Origin: an uncultured Chthonomonadaceae bacterium | Lineage (GTDB): Bacteria; Armatimonadota; Chthonomonadetes; Chthonomonadales; Chthonomonadaceae | Assembly (NCBI GenBank): GCA_963817895.1 | Contig: CAWFQB010000005.1 | Location: forward strand, 1 to 64,000 | DNA length: 64,000 bases | Direction: 5' to 3' | Shown here: positions 30,333 through 39,625 of the stretch, in pieces | How the letters are laid out: every line of letters starts with the position of its first letter | Position numbering within the stretch: position 1 is the first letter of the stretch | The notes under the pieces: generated by a model | Database searches by the model: none | Told to the model about the DNA's origin: nothing | Seen by the model: the letters and a program-made list of their open reading frames with translations, nothing else | Program-made: the position numbers and the translations under genes

Positions 30333-32225
30333 TTGGAGTCTTTCTTGAGCACTTCTTCTATCAACGCAGAATTTGAAGCCCTGCTCGACTATTTGAAGCG
30401 CAGTCGCGGGTTCGACTTCACCGGCTACAAGCGGGCCAGTCTGATGCGGCGCGTCACCAAACAGATGGAGGCCGCAGGCGTAGAAACGTATGCGGATTAC
30501 GTGAATCATCTGGAAGCCAATCCCGAAGAGATCACGCGCCTGCTGTCCACGCTGCTCATCAATGTCACCGGCTTTTTCCGCGACCCGCCGGTATGGGAGT
30601 TGGTTCGGGAAACCCTCATTCCTCAAATAGTGGGTTCCAAAATGTCGGGACAGGCGATTCGGGCGTGGAGCGCGGGCAGCGCGAGCGGCGAAGAGGCGTT
30701 TACCATTGCCATTCTGCTGGCCGAAGCGTTGGGAATGGACGAGTTCCGCAGCCGCGTGAAAATCTACGCCACCGACATTGACGATGAGGCTCTGAACCAG
30801 GCGCGGCAGGCCATCTTTACCGCCGCGCAGGTTGCCGATGTTCCTCCGGCTTTGCTGCAAAAACACTTTGATAAGACGGGCGACCATTACGCTCTACATA
30901 AAGACCTGCGCCGCGCGGTGATCTTCGGGCGGCACAATCTCGTCGCCGATGTGCCCATTTCGCGGCTGGATTTGCTGTGCTGCCGTAATACCCTGATGTA
31001 TTTCAATGCCGAACTGCAAACGCGGATTCTGGCCCGCTTCCATTTTGCCATCAACGACGGCGGGTTCCTGCTGCTGGGCAAGGCCGAAACCCTGCTCATC
31101 AACAGCCATCTGTTTGCCCCTGTGGATTTGAAGCGGCGCGTGTTTTCCAAAGTGTCAACCGGCAACGGGCGCAGCCGTTTTGTTACGAACGGCTCTTACG
31201 AGAGCAATTCCGATGCGTCGCCTGTTCCCGCCCCCTTGAGTCTGCCGGAAATCGCCCTCGACTTTTCGCCCCTTGCGCAGGTGCTTGTGGACAGTCGGGG
31301 CATTTTGACGCTGGCAAACGAGCGGGCGAGGATTCTATTTCGCCTGACGCCCCGCGATATTGGCCGTCCGTTTTATGAACTGGAACTCTCCTACCGCCCC
31401 GTAGAACTGCGGGCGTTTATTGACAAGGTAAACACGGAGCGTTTTCCCATTCTGCTCAAAGAGATCGCGTTTCGCGGCACGGACAGGGAAGCCACCTATT
31501 ATGATGTGCATCTTGTGCCGCTCTCCTCACCCAACGCGGACACGCAGGGCGTGGGCATCTCGTTTCAGGATGTGACCCACTACAAGCGCTTGCAGGAGGA
31601 ACTGGAGGGTTCCAACCGCGAACTGACTTCAGCGTATGAGGAGGCGCAATCCGCATCGGAGGAGCTGGAAACCACCAACGAAGAGTTGCAGGCCAGCGCG
31701 GAAGAGCTGGAAACCACCAATGAGGAACTCCAGTCCACCAATGAAGAGATGGAGACCATGAATGAGGAGCTGCAATCCGCCAACGAGGAGTTGCAGACGA
31801 TGAACGACGAACTGCGGCAGCGCGGTCTGGAAATGACGCAGATGAGCGACTTTATGGACTGCATCCTTGCCAGTCTGTGGGGCGGCGTGGCTGTGATTGA
31901 CCCGGAATTGCGCGTCCAAACGTGGAATCCGCAGGCCGAGGAGATGTGGGGGCTGCGCAGCGAGGAGGTGATCGGCAAAGTTTTTCTGACCCTCGATATC
32001 GGCCTGCCGATGGAGATGCTGATTCCGCGCATCCATGCCTGTCTGTCCGGCGGTTCGCCGGGTGAAGCCATCATCATCAACGCCACCAATCGGCGGGGGC
32101 GGGCCATCGTGTGCAACGCGCGCTGCACGCCCCTGATAGATGCCCTGAAAAACATTCGCGGCGTGATTCTATTCATGCAGCAAACCGACACCGACCCGGC
32201 GCAAAGGATGAAGGAGGAGGGATAA
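30333..32225 (+). CDS. cheR: CheR-type methyltransferase with PAS domains and acidic coiled coil
   Basis: INVTGFFRD, RAWSAG, IYATDID and CRNTLMYF motifs; EELETTNEELQ heptads. Confidence 0.92.
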   Translation: MESFLSTSSINAEFEALLDYLKRSRGFDFTGYKRASLMRRVTKQMEAAGVETYADYVNHLEANPEEITRLLSTLLINVTGFFRDPPVWELVRETLIPQIVGSKMSGQAIRAWSAGSASGEEAFTIAILLAEALGMDEFRSRVKIYATDIDDEALNQARQAIFTAAQVADVPPALLQKHFDKTGDHYALHKDLRRAVIFGRHNLVADVPISRLDLLCCRNTLMYFNAELQTRILARFHFAINDGGFLLLGKAETLLINSHLFAPVDLKRRVFSKVSTGNGRSRFVTNGSYESNSDASPVPAPLSLPEIALDFSPLAQVLVDSRGILTLANERARILFRLTPRDIGRPFYELELSYRPVELRAFIDKVNTERFPILLKEIAFRGTDREATYYDVHLVPLSSPNADTQGVGISFQDVTHYKRLQEELEGSNRELTSAYEEAQSASEELETTNEELQASAEELETTNEELQSTNEEMETMNEELQSANEELQTMNDELRQRGLEMTQMSDFMDCILASLWGGVAVIDPELRVQTWNPQAEEMWGLRSEEVIGKVFLTLDIGLPMEMLIPRIHACLSGGSPGEAIIINATNRRGRAIVCNARCTPLIDALKNIRGVILFMQQTDTDPAQRMKEEG

Positions 32226-32260
32226 AGGATGAAGCGGACGCCCCCCTTGAAGGAGACACG

Positions 32261-32599
32261 ATGCCGGAAATCAGCCTGATTGGTTTATACGATGAACTGA
32301 TGAGCGTACATCACCGCGCTTTTGCAGGCGCGCGCTATAATGTCGCTTATCATGCGCTTGCCGCCGCGCTGCACTGCGCCGAGGACGCCTGCGACCTTGA
32401 GCGCGTTACCGAAGTGGAACATTTGGCCTCGGAACAACTCGTCTGGATTGACCTTCACGCGCCCGCCTACGAACACTCCTCTCAAAACGCGAGTTCGCGC
32501 GGTCACGCCAGCATTTATACCATGCTGTCCCGTCAGGCCCATGCCAAAGCGCTGATGCTGCAGCGCCGCCACAATAGCAGCCCCCACCCAACTTCCTGA
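32261..32599 (+). CDS. Hypothetical protein downstream of cheR
   Basis: AAGGAG RBS; His-rich helical ORF (YNVAYHALAAALHCA). Confidence 0.65.
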   Translation: MPEISLIGLYDELMSVHHRAFAGARYNVAYHALAAALHCAEDACDLERVTEVEHLASEQLVWIDLHAPAYEHSSQNASSRGHASIYTMLSRQAHAKALMLQRRHNSSPHPTS

Positions 32600-32748
32600 A
32601 GGGTGGAATGAGAAGCAAGGGGATTTAGCCCCCTGCTTCGCTTCCCCTGATTTTCCGAAACATCCCCGCCCCAACGTTGTCTAATCCGGCAGAGACGCGA
32701 TTTGTGTGAGACAATAACCACATCTTATTCCCTGCCCCGGAGCCTGTT

Positions 32749-34241
32749 ATGCCTGACCGACGAGACAACGATTTTGCCCGTATGCCGCATTTCCGCCCCG
32801 CTGTATCCCGCCGCGAATTTCTCACCCGCGCCGGAGCCGGTTTCGGCAGCCTCGCCCTGTCCTTCATGCTGGCGCAGGAGGCAATGGCCGAGGGAAAAGG
32901 CGAATAAGGAAAAGGGAAAAGCCTTCAACCCGATGGCTCCGAAGCCGCCGATGTTTCCGGGCAAGGCCAAATCCGTCATTTTCCTGTTTATGTATGGCGG
33001 GCCGTCGCAGGTGGACACGTTCGACCCCAAACCCGACCTGATTAAATTTCACGGCAAGGGGATGAACACGGCCCTGCATAACGTCGGCGAAATCAAAACG
33101 TTCGGCGGCGACAGCCACGCGCCCCTGATGCGCAGCCCGTACGAGTTCAAGAAGTACGGCAAATCCGGCATCGAAGTATCCGACCTGTTTCCGCAATGTG
33201 GCCGAGTGCGTGGACGATATCTGCTTCGTGCGTTCCATTTACGGCGACAGCAACAACCACGCGCCCGCGCTTTTCGAGATGAACACGGGTTCCATTTTGC
33301 AGGGCTATCCGTCCGTCGGCTCGTGGGTCACGTATGGGCTTGGGCAGCGAAAATCAGGACTTGCCCGGTTTTGTCGTAATGACCGATCATCGGGGCGGGC
33401 CGATTGGCGGCGCGCCCAACTGGTCCAGCGGCTTTATGCCCGCCACCTATCAGGGAACCGTGTTCCGCGCGTCGGGAACGCCGATTCTCGATCTGGCTCC
33501 CGGCCAGGGCGTATCGGGCGAAGAGCAGCGGACCAGTCTGGACTTGCTGGGCAAACTGAACGAGGAGCATCTTCGCGCCAATCCCGGCGACAGCGATCTG
33601 GAAGCGCGTATCGCCGCGTATGAATTGGGCTACCGGATGCAGGCGCATGCCCCCGAAGTGGTAGACATCAGCAAGGAAACGGAAGCGACAAAGGCGCTGT
33701 ACGGGCTTGACAACGAGCGCACGGAGAAGTTCGGGCGCAAGTGCCTGCTGGCGCGGCGGCTTGTGGAGCGGGGCGTCCGGTTCGTGCAGTTGTACAGCGG
33801 CGGCGGGCATGGCGACGATACGTGGGACGCGCACGGCGACATCGTGGGCAATCACGGCAAACACGCGGGCGACACGGACAAGCCCATTGCCGGCCTGCTC
33901 AAGGATTTGAAGCAGCGCGGCCTGCTGGATTCACCCTTGTCGTGTGGGGCGGGGAGTTCGGGCGTATGCCGATTTCGCAGGGCGGCAAGGGACGCGACCA
34001 CAATCCGGGCGTGCAAACCGTCTGGATGGCGGGCGGCGGCATCAAGGGCGGCACCGTCGTCGGCTCTTCGGATGAAGTCGGCTACAAGGCGGGCGAAGAC
34101 CCGTACCATATCCGCGACCTGCACGCCACCATTCTGCATTGTATGGGCTTAAACGACCTGAGCCTCACCTACCTGTACAATGGCCGCTACCAACGCCTGA
34201 CCACGAACGGCGGCAACCTCATCAAAAAGGCGCTGGCATAA
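32749..34241 (+). CDS. DUF1501-family protein with Tat signal (frameshifted)
   Basis: SRREFL signal; [40 protein letters not shown] and GEFGRMP..GRDHNP motifs. Confidence 0.92.
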
Positions 34242-34271
34242 ATCATACCACAGGTAGCGCCGATAGCGCCA

Positions 34272-34300
34272 TTGACGCGCCGATTATCTTTTGCTATAAT
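34272..34300 (+). promoter_or_regulatory. Sigma70 promoter
   Basis: TTGACG-N17-TATAAT with TG extension. Confidence 0.75.
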
Positions 34301-34373
34301 GGAGCCGGAGCCGCTGACAATCAGATGGTTCCGGCTCAGTGTGTTAATGATGGCAGTACAAGCGACAACAGTT

Positions 34374-34604
34374 ATGCAGCAGATTACGCTGGAAGAGGCA
34401 ACTTTGCGCCTGCCGCAGTGGATTGCCGAACATGAAGCAGGCGAGGAGGTTGTTATTACGCGCGATTGCCAGCCTGTTGCCCGGTTAATCGTGTTGCCGC
34501 AAACGTCACCGCATCCCAAACGCGGCATCGCAAAAAACATGAACATCTATATTGCCGATGACTTCGATGCGCCCTTAGAGGATTTCAAGGAGTACATGCC
34601 TTAA
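34374..34604 (+). CDS. Phd/YefM-type antitoxin
   Basis: GEEVVITRD..PVARL and IADDFDAPLEDFKEYM motifs. Confidence 0.85.
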   Translation: MQQITLEEATLRLPQWIAEHEAGEEVVITRDCQPVARLIVLPQTSPHPKRGIAKNMNIYIADDFDAPLEDFKEYMP

Positions 34605-34986
34605 ATCTTCTGCTGGATACACATGCTTCCTGTGGTTCGTTCTGGACGCCCCGAAGTTGAGCGCCACTGCCGCGAATACGATTGAAGACACGAACAACAC
34701 AAGTTTTCTGAGTATTGTCAGCGTGTGGGAAATGGCAATCAAAGTCAGCATCGGCAAACTATCTTTTCCACAGCCATTGGATGTGTTTATTCCCGACCAA
34801 CTCCAACGTAATGGCATACACTTATTACCTGTGCGCCTGCCTCACGCGCTGCATGTGGCGACACTGCCATTTCATCATCGTGACCCCTTTGATCGTTTGT
34901 TGATTGCGCAAAATTTGGTGGAACCAATGCCTGTTGTCAGCGCGGATGCTATGTTTGATCGCTACGGGGCGCATCGCATCTGGTAG
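34601..34986 (+). CDS. VapC/PIN toxin (start codon damaged, early frameshift)
   Basis: LLLDTH, SVWEMAIK..GKL and HHRDPFDRLLIAQ motifs. Confidence 0.85.
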
Positions 34987-35060
34987 CGTGAAAACCGTAG
35001 CAGACGCGGGTGACTTTCCGGTACAATATTCCGGCGCGTTCTCTCTGGCCTGTGGCGTAG

Positions 35061-35087
35061 CAGGAAACAGGCGCAGAAAACGCGAAT
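35061..35087 (+). promoter_or_regulatory. SigH-like promoter
   Basis: CAGGAA-N15-GCGAAT upstream of the FKBP gene. Confidence 0.62.
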
Positions 35088-35159
35088 CTATCGCTGCAAA
35101 AATCACAGCGGCGGAGCGCGCTCGTTGCGCCGCCGCTCTTTAAGGGAGAACAAGAGAAC

Positions 35160-35639
35160 ATGCAGAAATCATGGATCGCTTCGGCGCTTTCCGGGCTGAT
35201 GCTGGCGCTGGTCGTGGCCGCGCCCGCCGCCCCGCCCAAAAAGCCCACAGCCAAAAAGCCTGCCGCCGAGGGCAAAGTCGTAACAACCCCATCAGGGCTG
35301 AAATATGTGGATTTGAAGGTCGGCACGGGCGCGACGCCGAAAGCCGGACAAATGGTTACGGTGAATTACGTCGGCACGTTGTCCAACGGCAAAGTGTTCG
35401 ACGCGACTTTCAAGCATGTAGACCCACAACATCCGAAGGGGCAGCCCTTTGAGTTTACCATTGGCGTCCGGCAGGTCATTCCCGCGTGGGATGAGGGCGT
35501 CTCGACCATGAAGGTCGGCGGCAAGCGCAAACTGACCTGCCCGCCCAACCTTGCCTATGGCGAACGGGGCGCAGGCAGCGACATTCCGCCCAACGCCACC
35601 CTGACCTTCGTAGTGGAACTGCTCAAAGTCGGCCCATAG
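35160..35639 (+). CDS. FKBP-type peptidyl-prolyl isomerase, secreted
   Basis: TPSGLKY, VNYVGTL, VIPAWDEG and IPPNATLTFVVEL motifs. Confidence 0.95.
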   Translation: MQKSWIASALSGLMLALVVAAPAAPPKKPTAKKPAAEGKVVTTPSGLKYVDLKVGTGATPKAGQMVTVNYVGTLSNGKVFDATFKHVDPQHPKGQPFEFTIGVRQVIPAWDEGVSTMKVGGKRKLTCPPNLAYGERGAGSDIPPNATLTFVVELLKVGP

Positions 35640-35677
35640 TATGTGGCTGGCAGACGGCAACTCGTGAGTAACCGAAG

Positions 35678-35716
35678 CAAGCCCGGAACAGTAATCGCGC
35701 TGTTCCGGGCTTGCGT
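35678..35716 (+). terminator. Terminator-like hairpin
   Basis: GCAAGCCCGGAACAG/CTGTTCCGGGCTTGC. Confidence 0.7.
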
Positions 35717-36131
35717 TGCTAAATCAACGATACAAATACGCCGCGTTCGCGTCTAATTTCATACAGGGGTGGAACACAGCAGAAACGTGAGCGCGGACGC
35801 GCTTGCGTTTGTTTGCTTTTACCTTGAAAGGCGCTAAAAGTAAGCAAGTCATCAGGCAAGCGCGCCGTGAAAAAATTTCTCAAAAAGTCGTTGTTTGCAG
35901 CCATTTTGGAAACAATGGCTTGAGAAATTTCCGTATGATTCATTAGCGGCAGATGTTTCTCCTTCCACGCTTTACACTGTGTTCATGACCTTTGCGCAGC
36001 GGTAAGCGTGGCGCGGAACGAACGTCTTTTCTTTCGGGAACAGGACAGCGCGGACATTGCGTAGCCCTGCCTTCGCCGCCTGGCCCGAAACTCATACTAT
36101 CGAACATCAAACGCAGGGAGAGATAACAATA

Positions 36132-37655
36132 ATGGTTTCGACACGATGGCAAAAACGAATTCCGAGCGCGTTGCTGGCCGGCACAATCATGGGAACCGGC
36201 GCGCTTGCTTTGACCGGACTGCGGGGCAATGCCGGCCCGCAAAACACTCCGCCGCCCGTGCAGCCGAGCGCGCAGGTGCTGAACATTCAGGACGCTTTTG
36301 AAAAGGTTGCCGACAAACTGCGCCCGTCCGTAGTCTATATTCGCAGCCGACAAATGGTATCCACTGTCGCCATGCAAGGCGGCGAAGATAATCCGTTCGG
36401 CTTCGCGTTCCCGCAGGGTCCGGGCGGCGGACGTCAGTTTCCCCGCATTCCACAGGGACAGGGTATGCGCCGCGCGGAAGCCAGCGGTTCGGGCGTGATT
36501 GTGTCCAGTGACGGCTACATCATTACCAACGACCATGTTGTCGCGGATGCGGACCGCGTCACCGTTCGATTGCAGGATGGGCGCGAGTTCGTGGGCAAAG
36601 TGCTGCGCGATCAGCGCAGTGACCTGGCCCTGATTAAAGTGGAAGCCAGCAACCTGCCCGCCGCCGAGTTCGCCAATTCCGATGGCGTAAAGGTGGGGCA
36701 GTGGGCCATTGCTTTCGGCAGTCCGTTCGGCCTGAGCGATACCATGACGGTGGGCGTGGTTTCCAGCACCAAACGGCATGAAGACATCGGGCGCGGCGCT
36801 GACCAACGCCTGTATCCGAGCCTGATTCAGACGGACGCCAGCATCAATCCGGGCAACTCCGGTGGCCCGCTTGTGGATGTGTATGGCCGCATCATGGGCA
36901 TCAACGTCGCCATTGAGTCGCCGAGTGGCGGCAATGTCGGCATCGGCTTCGCGATCCCGGCAAATCAGGCGCGTTATATCATGGAGCAACTGCGTAGCAA
37001 GGGAACCGTCACGCGCGGCTACCTGGGCTTCATTCCGCAGTCGCTAAACTATGATATGCAGCAGCGGTATGGCGTCAAAGAGGGCGCTCTGATTACGCTC
37101 GTGCAGGCGGGCAAGCCCGCTGCGCAGGCCGGTTTGCAGGTCGAGGACGTGGTTGTCCGCTACGACGGCCAGCCGGTTACAGATGAGGCGACCCTGCGCG
37201 AACTGGTGTCCCGCACCACTCCCGGCAAGCAGGTGCAGCTTGTGGTAAAGCGCGAGGGCGCGGAAAAAACGCTGACAGCAACGGTTGGCGCATCGCCCGC
37301 AGACAAAGCGGCGACCCCCGCTCCCACTCCTGCCCGCGAACATGCCAAAGGCAAGTTGGGCATCAGCCTGGGCAACGCCAGCGACCCGCAGGCTCGTGAA
37401 GCGGCGCATCTGAGCAGCGCCATCAAAGACGGCGTGGTGATTGTGGAAGTGCTGCCCGGCAGCCCCGCCTCGGAAGCGGGCCTGTTTCCAGGCGACGTTC
37501 TGGTGCGGCTCGATGGCAAAAACATAACCAGCGAGGCGCAGGTCTCCGACATCGCGGGCAAGCTGAACAGCGGGGCGTCAGTCCCCGTCATTGTCAGGCG
37601 CGCGGCTCAGGACGGCACAATGCAGACCGTTCTGGCGACGGTTACAATCGAATAG
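36132..37655 (+). CDS. HtrA/DegP-family serine protease with two PDZ domains
   Basis: TNDHV, DLALIK and IQTDASINPGNSGGPL motifs. Confidence 0.95.
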   Translation: MVSTRWQKRIPSALLAGTIMGTGALALTGLRGNAGPQNTPPPVQPSAQVLNIQDAFEKVADKLRPSVVYIRSRQMVSTVAMQGGEDNPFGFAFPQGPGGGRQFPRIPQGQGMRRAEASGSGVIVSSDGYIITNDHVVADADRVTVRLQDGREFVGKVLRDQRSDLALIKVEASNLPAAEFANSDGVKVGQWAIAFGSPFGLSDTMTVGVVSSTKRHEDIGRGADQRLYPSLIQTDASINPGNSGGPLVDVYGRIMGINVAIESPSGGNVGIGFAIPANQARYIMEQLRSKGTVTRGYLGFIPQSLNYDMQQRYGVKEGALITLVQAGKPAAQAGLQVEDVVVRYDGQPVTDEATLRELVSRTTPGKQVQLVVKREGAEKTLTATVGASPADKAATPAPTPAREHAKGKLGISLGNASDPQAREAAHLSSAIKDGVVIVEVLPGSPASEAGLFPGDVLVRLDGKNITSEAQVSDIAGKLNSGASVPVIVRRAAQDGTMQTVLATVTIE

Positions 37656-37659
37656 GGAG

Positions 37660-37715
37660 GTGGAGAGTGAGAGTGGAGAGTGCAAGTCTTTTCTCTCACT
37701 CTCCACTCTCACTCT
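37660..37715. repeat. GAGAGT tandem-repeat hairpin
   Basis: GTGGAGAGTGAGAGTGGAGAG..CTCTCACTCTCCACTCTCACTCT. Confidence 0.85.
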
Positions 37716-37746
37716 ACTGGATGCAGTAAGAAAGTAAGGCAGTTCA

Positions 37747-37962
37747 ATGACACAGATGGTTCCAGCGTCAACGGAGGGTACGACGGGTCTACCGCACAGA
37801 GCCGTGCGCGTACCGGAGTGGGTGTATTACTTTACGGATGAGCAGTTTGTGACCTGGTGCAAACAGCACAAATTAACCATCTGTACGGAAATGCGGTCGT
37901 TCAGCGAAGATGAGCGGGCCGCTATTTTCCGTTACATGGTGCGGCAGAGACTGTTTAATTAA
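37747..37962 (+). CDS. Small hypothetical protein (71 aa)
   Basis: ATG ORF filling the space between two repeat hairpins. Confidence 0.55.
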   Translation: MTQMVPASTEGTTGLPHRAVRVPEWVYYFTDEQFVTWCKQHKLTICTEMRSFSEDERAAIFRYMVRQRLFN

Positions 37963-38085
37963 GTGAGAGTGAGAGTGGAGAGTGAGAGTAAATAGTGTTC
38001 TCTCACTCTCCACTCTCACATTGTTCCGGCTCCTTGTAGTTGTAAATGTAGTCGCGAGAGTATAAGTGTTATCTCTCACTCTCAC
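37962..38085. repeat. GAGAGT tandem-repeat hairpins
   Basis: AGTGAGAGTGAGAGTGGAGAGTGAGAG..CTCTCACTCTCCACTCTCAC plus a degenerate second copy. Confidence 0.85.
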
Positions 38086-38357
38086 AATGTTTGCGCGTTC
38101 GGCTCGTAAATGTGGGATGAAATCGTGGTTTCCGTGCGGCTTTGCGCGGCGGGTATTGTGTGTGTCATGTTCAACAGTTTGACGAGCCGAATGGCGGTAC
38201 TCGGAACCAGAATCATGTCGCCATTGTCTTTCTGAACTTGAAGCCAGCCATCGCCTAACGCCAGCAGCGTACCCGTATCGCTGCGCTCGTCGCTCCCTAC
38301 CGATGTCAGCACCGTTATGTGCTGCCCCTTGAATGTGTCCAGCCAGGAACTTTCCAT
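38082..38357 (-). CDS. Small protein, possible Sm-like fold
   Basis: GGGAGGG RBS; GQHITVLT..GTLLALGDGWLQV..ILVPSTAIRLV strand pattern. Confidence 0.65.
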   Translation of the reverse strand: MESSWLDTFKGQHITVLTSVGSDERSDTGTLLALGDGWLQVQKDNGDMILVPSTAIRLVKLLNMTHTIPAAQSRTETTISSHIYEPNAQTL

Positions 38358-38471
38358 GTTCGCCCTCCCTCTTCACTGTTTCAGCCAAAGTTGTTTGAAG
38401 CCGTTTCTTCCAATGATTGTTAATTCTTCACAACGGACGCTTGTAGCGGGCGGCTTGTTCCGTGATTCAAC

Positions 38472-38497
38472 GGAACCTCGCTCGCTTGCCCCTCGTC
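38472..38497 (+). promoter_or_regulatory. ECF-sigma-type promoter
   Basis: GGAACC-N16-CGTC upstream of a general-stress-like gene. Confidence 0.5.
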
Positions 38498-38585
38498 TTT
38501 TTCCTGAAAGATATTAGATAAAAGATAGAAGATATAGGTAAGAGGCACAAGCCGAACACCTGAACACCGAACACTGGAGAAGACC

Positions 38586-39503
38586 ATGTTAGCCCACCGA
38601 ACGATTTACGCTACGTTTGCCAACGAGCGCGACGCGGAACGAGCCGCCGGCGCGCTGATGGATCACGGCGTGAGCGCGCAAGCCATCAGTTTTGTGCTGC
38701 CCCACGAGAACAATTCCCCGATTGTGGCCGGTACGCCGCATATTCCCGGCGCGCATCGCGCTATTCCCAACGACCTTCCCATTCCCGATATGCAAACGTC
38801 CGCTTCGCCTGTCACTGCGGGAATTGACCTGAATACAGGTTCGCGCGTGGGCGACGATGTTACAGTCGCGCGCAGCGCGTCGGGCTATCAGTACGACGCT
38901 TTGGGCGCGGAGATTCCCGACGCTTCCCCTGCGGTTCCACCGACAACGGTTCCCGTCGCCTACGTTCCCTCTACAGACCGCTATGACGCTATTCCCATCA
39001 ACACGCCCCTGCGTTCACACCCGGACATTCCGCAAACGGATATTCCCGCCCTTGCCGGCAACGCGTCTCTGGAAGCGGTTTCCGATGACCGCGCCCACAT
39101 CGTGGATCAGCAGCGCGTGGACACGGCTGCCGCGCATGGCATCACCACGACAACCGGACGCGACGCGGCAAAGGGCGCGGTAGGGGGCGCGGGCATTGGC
39201 CTCGGGCTGGGCGCGCTGCTCGGGCTTGCCGCGATTGCCATACCAGGTGTCGGGTGGGTGGCGGGCGCGGGCGCGATTGTGGCGGGACTGGCGGCGGCAA
39301 CGGGTGCAGCGGGCGCGGTTGCCGGGGGCGCATACGGCTTTCTGGCTGACATGGGTTTGCCGCCCCACATTACGCAGCATCTGCAAACCCATCTGGAATC
39401 GGGTGGCCCCGTCCTCAGCATCCACCTTCAGGACAGCAAACCGGAATCCGAACTGCTGGCCCTGCTCACCAAATACGGCGCGACCTCGGCGCAAGCGTTT
39501 TAG
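38586..39503 (+). CDS. General-stress-protein-like membrane protein with glycine zipper
   Basis: IYATF..AERAAGALMDHG..ISFV; GAVGGAGIGLGLGALLGLAAIAIPGVG. Confidence 0.75.
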   Translation: MLAHRTIYATFANERDAERAAGALMDHGVSAQAISFVLPHENNSPIVAGTPHIPGAHRAIPNDLPIPDMQTSASPVTAGIDLNTGSRVGDDVTVARSASGYQYDALGAEIPDASPAVPPTTVPVAYVPSTDRYDAIPINTPLRSHPDIPQTDIPALAGNASLEAVSDDRAHIVDQQRVDTAAAHGITTTTGRDAAKGAVGGAGIGLGLGALLGLAAIAIPGVGWVAGAGAIVAGLAAATGAAGAVAGGAYGFLADMGLPPHITQHLQTHLESGGPVLSIHLQDSKPESELLALLTKYGATSAQAF

Positions 39504-39504
39504 G

Positions 39505-39613
39505 AGGTAGATAGGTAGGTGGGTAGATTGGTAGAGAGTAGCCTGACATTGTGGTTGGTTCTTACGTAAGTTACTCTGTTATGTTCAGTTCTACCCACCT
39601 ACCTATCTACCTC
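39505..39613. repeat. GGTAG-unit inverted repeat
   Basis: GAGGTAGATAGGTAGGTGGGTAGA and TCTACCCACCTACCTATCTACCTC (24-bp reverse complements). Confidence 0.9.
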
Positions 39614-39625
39614 ACGGAGTGACCA

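Noticed and set aside
31660..31815. 21-nt periodic repeats in cheR as a possible array
   Set aside because: They are coding heptads (EELQSTN) of a coiled coil with synonymous variation
36037..36063. ECF-type promoter GGAAC-N18-CGTA before the DegP-like gene
   Set aside because: Spacing is longer than typical and the match is too short to support alone
37660..38085. CRISPR array
   Set aside because: Repeats are low-complexity inverted tracts without constant-length unique spacers, and no cas genes are present
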